From: the human T2T-CHM13v2.0 reference genome, Homo sapiens
Direction: 5' to 3' (one strand)
Length of the DNA stretch: 64,000 nucleotides
Assembly: GCF_009914755.1 (NCBI RefSeq)
Contig: NC_060948.1
In this document: one piece after another, positions 56,910 through 64,000 of the stretch
Layout: each line of letters opens with the position of its first letter
Numbering within the stretch: position 1 is the first letter of the stretch
Notes under the pieces: generated by a model
Told to the model about the DNA's origin: nothing
The model's database searches: none
Seen by the model: only the letters and a program-made list of their open reading frames with translations
Position numbers and translations under genes: made by a program

Positions 56910-59900
56910 TGGTATAGAATGGAAAGGAATCATCTGGAATGGAATTGAATGGAATGGAATAATATGAAATGGAATGGAATGGAATGGAATGGAATGCCCT
57001 TGAATTAAATGGACTGGAATGGAATGGACTCGAACAGAGTGGAATGGAAAGTGTTGAGATAGAATGGAATGGACTCGTTTGGAATGGTCTAGTATGCAAT
57101 GCAATCGACTGGCAGGGAATCAAAAGGAATGTAATCGAATGGATTGGACTGGAATGCAATGGACTCGAATAGATTGCAAACGGAATGCAAAGGAATGGAA
57201 TGGAATAGTATGGAATGGAATGGAAAGGAATGGAGTGGAATAGACTAGAGTGGAATGGAATGGACTGGAAAGCAATGGACTGGAATGGAACTTTCTTGAA
57301 TGGACTGGAATCAAACGGAATGGAATGCAATGCAATCAAATGGCATGGAATAAAATAGAATGAAAGAGAATCAAATGGAATTGAATCGAATGGAATCGAA
57401 TGGATTGGAAAGGAATAGAATGGAATGGAATGGAATGGACTAGAATGGAATGGATTCGAATGGAAGGCAAAGGAATGGAATCTATTGGAATGGACTGTAA
57501 TGGAATGGAATGGAAGGGATTGGAATGGACTCGAATGGAATGGACTGCAATAGAAAGGATTCGAATGGAATGAAAAAGAATTGAATGGAATAGAACAGAA
57601 TGGAATCAAATCGAATGAAATGGAATGGAATAGAAAGGAATGGAATGAAATGGAATGGAAAGGATTCGAATGGAATGCAATCGAATGGAATGGAATCGAA
57701 CGGAATGGAATAAAATGGAAGAAAACTGGCAAGAAATGGAATCGAAATGAATGGAGTGTTATGGAACGGACTCAAAAGGAATTGAATGTAATAGAATGGA
57801 GTGGAGTGGACTCGAATATAATGGACTGGAATGGAATGAAATCACATGGAATGGGAACGAATGGAATGGAATGGAAAGGAATGGAATCGAATGGAAAGGA
57901 ATCGAATGGAAGGGAATGAAATTGAATCAACAGGAATGGAAGGGAATAGAATAGACGGTAATGGAATGGAATCGAATAGAATGGACACGAATGCTCAAAT
58001 TGAATGGACTCGAATGGAATGGAAACGAAAGGAATGTCATCGAATGGAATTGAATCGATTGGAATGAAATCGCATAGAATGGAGTGGAATCAAATGGAAT
58101 TGAATCGAAAGGAAAGGAAGCGAATGGACTGAAATGAAATGGAATGGAATTGAATGGAAAGTAATGCAATGGAATAGAATGGAACGAAATTTCACGGAAT
58201 GGAATCAAACTGAATGGAATCAAATCAATGGAATCCAATCAAATGGAATGGAGTAGATTGGATTGGATGGGATTGGAATGAAATGTACTGGAAAGGACTC
58301 GAATTTCATGAAACGGAATGGAATGAATTGGAACGGAATGGACTCGAATGGAATGGAATGTCATAGAATGGCATCAAATGGAATGGCATCAAATGGAATG
58401 GAATCGAATGCAATGGAATGCTATGGAATGGAATGGAATGCATTGGAATGGAATGTCCTCTAATTGAATGGATTCGAGTGGAATGGAATCGAATATAATG
58501 GAGTCGAATGAAATGGAATTGAAAGGAATGGGATCGAATACAATGGAATATACTGGAATGTAATGTAATGAACTCGAATGTAATTGACTGGAATGGAATG
58601 TACATGAATGGAATGTAATCGAATGGAAAGTAATCCAATGGAATAGAATCTAATGCAATAAAATCGACTCAGATAGAGTAGAATGTAATGGAATGGAGTG
58701 CAGTGCAATGGAATGGAATGCAATGGAATGCAATGGAATGGAATGGAATGGAATGGAATGGAATGGAATGGAATGGAATGGAATGGGATGGAATGGTATG
58801 GAATGGATGGTAATGGACTGGAGTGAAATGGACTGGAAAGGAATGGACTCAAATTGAAAGGGCTGGAAAGGAATGGAGTCAAATGGAATGGTCTGGAATG
58901 GAATGAACACGAAAGTAATGCAATCCAATAGAATGGAATCGAATGGCATGGAATATAATGAAATGGAATCGAAGAGAATGGAAACAAATGGAATGGAATT
59001 GAATGGAATGGAATTGAATGGAATGGGAACGAATGGAGTGAAATTGTATGCAGTAGAAGGGAATAGAATGGAATGCAAGCGAAAGGAAAGGAATGGATTG
59101 GAAAGGAATGGAATTCATTGGAATGGAAGGGAATGTAGTGTAATGGACAGGCCTGGAATAAAGTGGAATGCTACGGTCTTGAATGGAATAAAAATGTATG
59201 GAATGGAATGCAATGAAACGGAATCGAATGTCATAGAATGTAATGGAATGCAAAAAACTGGAATCCAAAATCATTGACTGGAAAGGCTGGGTGTCGAAAG
59301 GAATTGACTCCAATGGAATGGAATCGAATGGAATGGAAGTGAATAGAATCGAACTAAATCGAATGGAATGGAATTGATAGGAACGGAATGGAAAGGAATG
59401 CAATGATTTGGCACGGAATGGAATCGAATGGCATCGAACGGAATGGAATGGAATGCAATTGAATGGAACGTATTAGAATGTAATGAACTTTAATGGAATG
59501 TACTCGAATGGATTCGACTGGAATGGAATGTTCTGGAAGTGAATGGACTCCAATGGAATGGATTCAAAAGGAATGGAATCGTACGGAATGGAATCTAATG
59601 GAATGGAATTAAATGGAAATGAATCAAATTGAATAGCATGGAATTGAATTGAATGGAATCGAATGCAATGGAATCTAATGAAACGGAAAGGAAAGGAATG
59701 GAATGGAATGGAATGGGCTGGAATGGAAAGGAATCGAAACGAATGGAATGGAATCGAACTGACGAGACTGGAATGGAATGCACTGGAATGGAAGGGAGTG
59801 TAATGGAAGGTTCTCGAAAAAAATGGAATGGAATGGAATGGAATTGAATGGAACGGAATAGAGTCAAATGGATTTGAATGGAATGGAATGGACTAGAGTG

Positions 59901-60453
59901 AAATGGAATCGAACCACAAGGAATGGACAGGAATAGAATGGTCTCGAATTGAATGGAATCGTATGGAATGGCATCAAACGGAATGGAATGGACAGCCACG
60001 GAATGGAATGCACTCGAATGCAATGGAGTCGAAACTAATGGACTGGAATAGAATGGATTCGACTGGTACGGACTCCAATGGAATGGAATCGAATGGAAGG
60101 GAATCGAACGGAACGGACTCGAAGGGAAAAGACTGCAATGGAAAGGTCTCGAATGGAATGGAAATTAATGGAATGGAATGGAATCGAATGAAATGGAGTC
60201 AAAAGGAATGGAATCGAATGGCAAGAAATCGAATGTAATGGAATCGCAAGGAATTGATGTGAACGGAACGGAATGGAATGGAATCCAAAGGAATGGAATA
60301 GAATGGAATGGAATCGAATGGAAAGGACTCGAATGGAAATCACTCGAATAGAATGCAATTTAATAAAATAGGATCAAATGTAATGGAATGGAATGGAAAG
60401 GAATCGAAACGAAAGGAATGGAGACAGATGGAATGGAATGGAACAGAGAGCAA
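56910..60453 (+). repeat. DYZ1 unit copy 17 (3544 bp)
   Basis: Landmark spacing; HaeIII 59150; two 15-bp deletions (near 57435 and 58250). Confidence 0.9.
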
Positions 60454-63400
60454 TGGTATAGAATGGAATGGAATCATCACGAATGGAATTGAATGGAATG
60501 GAATAATATGAAATGGAATGGAATGGAATGCCCTTGAATTAAATGGACTGGAATGGAATGGACTCGAACAGAGTGGAATGGAAAGTGTTGAGATAGAATG
60601 GAATGGACTCGTTTGGAATGGTCTAGTATGCAATGCAATCGACTGGCAGGGAATCAAAAGGAATGTAATGGAATGGATTGGACTGGAATGCAATGGACTC
60701 GAATAGATTGGAAACGGAATGCAAAGGAATGGAATGGAATAGTATGGAATGGAATGGAAAGGAATGGAGTGGAATAGACTAGAGTGGAATGGAATGGACT
60801 GGAAAGCAATAGACTGGAATGGAACTTTCTTGAATGGACTGGAATCAAACGGAATGGAATGCAAGGCAATCAAATGGCATGGAATAAAATAGAATGAAAG
60901 AGAATCAAATGGAATTGAATCGAATGGAATCGAATGGATTGGAAAGGAATAGAATGGAATGGAATGGAATTGACTCAAATGGAATGGACTAGAATGGAAT
61001 GGATTCGAATGGAAGGCAAAGGAATGGAATCTATTGGAATGGACTGGAATGGAATGGAAGGAATTGGAATGGACTCGAATGGAATGGACTGCAATAGAAA
61101 GGATTCGAATGGAATGAAAAAGAATTGAATGGAATAGAACAGAATGGAATCAAATCGAATGAAATGGAATGGAATAGAAAGGAATGGAATGAAATGGAAT
61201 GGAATGCAATCGAATGGAATGGAATCGAACGGAATGGAATAAAATGGAAGAAAACTGGCAAGAAATGGAATCGAAATGAATGGAGTGTTATGGAACGGAC
61301 TCAAAAGGAATTGAATGTAATAGAATGGAGTGGAGTGGACTCGAATATAATGGACTGGAATGGAATGAAATCACATGGAATGGGAACGAATGGAATGGAA
61401 TGGAAAGGAATGGAATCGAATGGAAAGGAATCGAATGGAAGGGAATGAAATTGAATCAACAGGAATGGAAGGGAATAGAATAGACGGTAATGGAATGGAC
61501 TCGAATTGAATGGACACGAATGCTCAAATTGAATGGACAAGAATGGAATGGAAACGAAAGGAATGTCATCGAATGGAATTGAATCGATTGGAATGAAATC
61601 GCATAGAATGGAGTGGAATCAAATGGAATTGAATCGAAAGGAAAGGAAGCGAATGGACTGAAATGAAATGGAATGGAATTGAATGGAAAGTAATGCAATG
61701 GAATAGAATGGAACGAAATTTCACGGAATGGAATCAAACTGAATGGAATCAAATCAATGGAATCTAATCAAATGGAATGGAAAGGAATTGAATGGAGTAG
61801 ATTGGATTGGATGGGATTGGAATGAAATGTACTGGAAAGGACTCGAATTTCATGAAACGGAATGGAATGAATTGGAACGGAATGGACTCGAATGGAATGG
61901 AATGTCATGGAATGGCATCAAATGGAATGGCATCAAATGGAATGGAATCGAATGCAATGCAATGCTATGGAATGGAATGGAATGCATTGGAATGGAATGT
62001 CCTCTAATGGAATGGATTCGAGTGGAATGGAATCGAATATAATGGAGTCGAATGAAATGGAATTGAAAAGAATGGGATCGAATACAATGGAATATACTGG
62101 AATGTAATGTAATGAACTCGAATGTAATTGACTGGAATGGAATGTACATGAATGGAATGTAATCGAATGGAAAGTAATCCAATGGAATAGAAACTAATGC
62201 AATAAAATCGACTCAAATAGAGTAGAATGTAATGGAATGGAGTGCAGTGCAATGGAATGGAATGGAATGGAATGCAATGGAATGGAATGGAATGTTATGG
62301 AATGGAATGGAATGGATTGGAATGGGATGGAATGGTATGGAATGGATAGTAATGGACTGGAGTGAAATGGACTGGAAAGGAATGGACTCAAATTGAAAGG
62401 GCTCGAAAGGAATGGAGACAAATGGAATAGTCTGGAATGGAATGAACACGAATGTAATGCAATCCAATAGAATGTAATCGAATGGCATGGAATATAAAGA
62501 AATGGAATCGAAGAGAATGGAAACAAATGGAATGGAATTGAATGGAATGGAATTGAATGGAATGGGAACGAATGGAGTGAAATTGTATGCAGTAGAAGAG
62601 AATAGAATGGAATGCAAGCGAAAGGAAAGGAATTGATTGGAATGGAATGGAATTCATTGGAATGGAAGGGAATGTAGTGTAATGGACAGGCCTGGAATAA
62701 AGTGGAATGCTACGGTCTCGAATGGAATAAAAATGTATGGAATGGAATGCAATGAAACGGAATCGAATGTCATAGAATGTAATGGAATGCAACAAAATGG
62801 AATCCAAAATCATTGACTGGAAAGGCTGGGTGTCGAAAGGAATTGACTCCAATGGAATGGAATCGAATGGAATGGAAGTGAATAGAATCGAACTAAATCG
62901 AATGGAATGGAATTGATAGGAACGGAATGGAAAGGAATGCAATGATTTGGCACGGAATGGAATCGAATGGCATCGAACGGAATGGAATGGAATGCAATTG
63001 AATGGAACGTATTAGAATGTAATGAACTTTAATGGAATGTACTCGAATGGATTCGACTGGAATGGAATGTTCTGGAAGTGAATGGACTCCAATGGAATGG
63101 ATTCAAAAGGAATGGAATCGTACGGAATGGAATCTAATGGAATGGAATTAAATGGAAATGAATCAAATTGAATAGCATGGAATTGAATTGAATGGAATCG
63201 AATGCAATGGAATCTAATGAAACGGAAAGGAAAGGAATGGAATGGAATGGAATGGGCTGGAATGGAAAGGAATCGAAACGAATGGAATGGAATCGAACTG
63301 ACGAGACTGGAATGGAATGCACTGGAATGGAAGGGAGTGTAATGGAAGGTTCTCGAAAAAAATGGAATCGAATGGAATGGAATTGAATGGAACGGAATAG

Positions 63401-63992
63401 AGTCAAATGGATTTGAATGGAATGGAATGGACTAGAGTGAAATGGAATCGAACCACAAGGAATGGACAGGAATAGAATGGTCTCGAATTGAATGGAATCG
63501 TATGGAATGGCATCAAACGGAATGGAATGGACAGCCACGGAATGGAATGCACTCGAATGCAATGGAGTCGAAACTAATGGACTGGAATAGAATGGATTCG
63601 ACTGGTACGGACTCCAATGGAATGGAATCGAATGGAAGGGAATCGAACGGAACGGACTCGTAGGGAAAAGACTGCAATGGAAAGGTCTCGAATGGAATGG
63701 AAATTAATGGAATGGAATGGAATCGAATGAAATGGAGTCAAAAGGAATGGAATCGAATGGCAAGAAATCGAATGTAATGGAATCGCAAGGAATTGATGTG
63801 AACGGAACGGAATGGAATGGAATCCAAAGGAATGGAATAGAATGGAATGGAATCGAATGGAAAGGACTCGAATGGAAATCACTCGAATAGAATGCAATTT
63901 AATAAAATAGGATCAAATGTAATGGAATGGAATGGAAAGGAATCGAAACGAAAGGAATGGAGACAGATGGAATGGAATGGAACAGAGAGCAA
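60454..63992 (+). repeat. DYZ1 unit copy 18 (3539 bp)
   Basis: Landmark spacing; HaeIII 62689; 15-bp deletion near 61200, 5-bp deletion near 61046. Confidence 0.9.
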
Positions 63993-64000
63993 TGGTATAG

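Larger units (their letters stand above)
1..64000 (+). repeat. DYZ1: Human satellite 3 (HSat3) array, DYZ1 family (Yq12-type), 18 tandem ~3.55 kb units
   Basis: Degenerate GGAAT pentamers throughout. Unique landmarks recur every 3529-3574 bp, e.g. GGCC at 2241, 5795, 9344, 12894, 16448, 19982, 23556 ... 62689. The reverse complement from the HaeIII site (CCTGTCCATTACACTACATTCCCTTCCATTCCAATGAATTCC) matches the DYZ1 unit start as I recall it. Confidence 0.96.

Noticed and set aside
60-63897. Hundreds of ORFs (MEWNG- or IPFHS-rich), up to 418 aa at 24441-25697 and 31573-32829 on the minus strand
   Set aside because: These are direct translations of (GGAAT)n/(ATTCC)n. The ATTCC strand is naturally stop-poor, ORFs open in several overlapping frames, and their lengths change between copies through single substitutions. 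There is no domain-like content.
1-64000. CRISPR-like or prokaryotic repeat system
   Set aside because: No repeat-spacer architecture, unique spacers or cas-like ORFs; the sequence is a primate satellite.
1-64000. DYZ2/HSat1B units, Alu or L1 insertions, or an inversion junction
   Set aside because: No AT-rich or Alu-like stretch, poly-A tail or switch to an ATTCC-rich + strand is seen; unit spacing is continuous.
1-64000. HSat2, DYZ18 or telomeric repeat as alternative identity
   Set aside because: The HSat2 CATTCGATTC/ATCATC-type longer motif is not dominant, the unit is ~3.55 kb rather than the shorter DYZ18 unit, and there are no TTAGGG runs.

Overview
The whole 64 kb window is one uninterrupted tandem array of the (GGAAT)n-based human satellite 3, with the GGAAT strand on + throughout. 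It is organised as 18 head-to-tail copies of a ~3.55 kb unit (3529-3574 bp; the TGGTATAG landmark at 1 recurs at 63993). Unit length, one HaeIII/StuI and one EcoRI site per unit, and the segment GGACAGGCCTGGAATAAAGTGGA identify it as the DYZ1 repeat of human Yq12 heterochromatin. I see no credible protein-coding gene, RNA gene, mobile element, DYZ2 unit or inversion; all ORFs are translation artefacts of the pentamer. I do not see a new gene system. The notable signals are three perfect heat-shock elements at fixed positions in each unit, four fixed pentamer-register breaks, recurrent 15-bp deletions, two hypervariable GGAAT tracts, and a mosaic of shared variants recording local duplication or conversion at 1-, 2- and possibly ~10-unit spacing. 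All counts were made by eye and should be confirmed by alignment.
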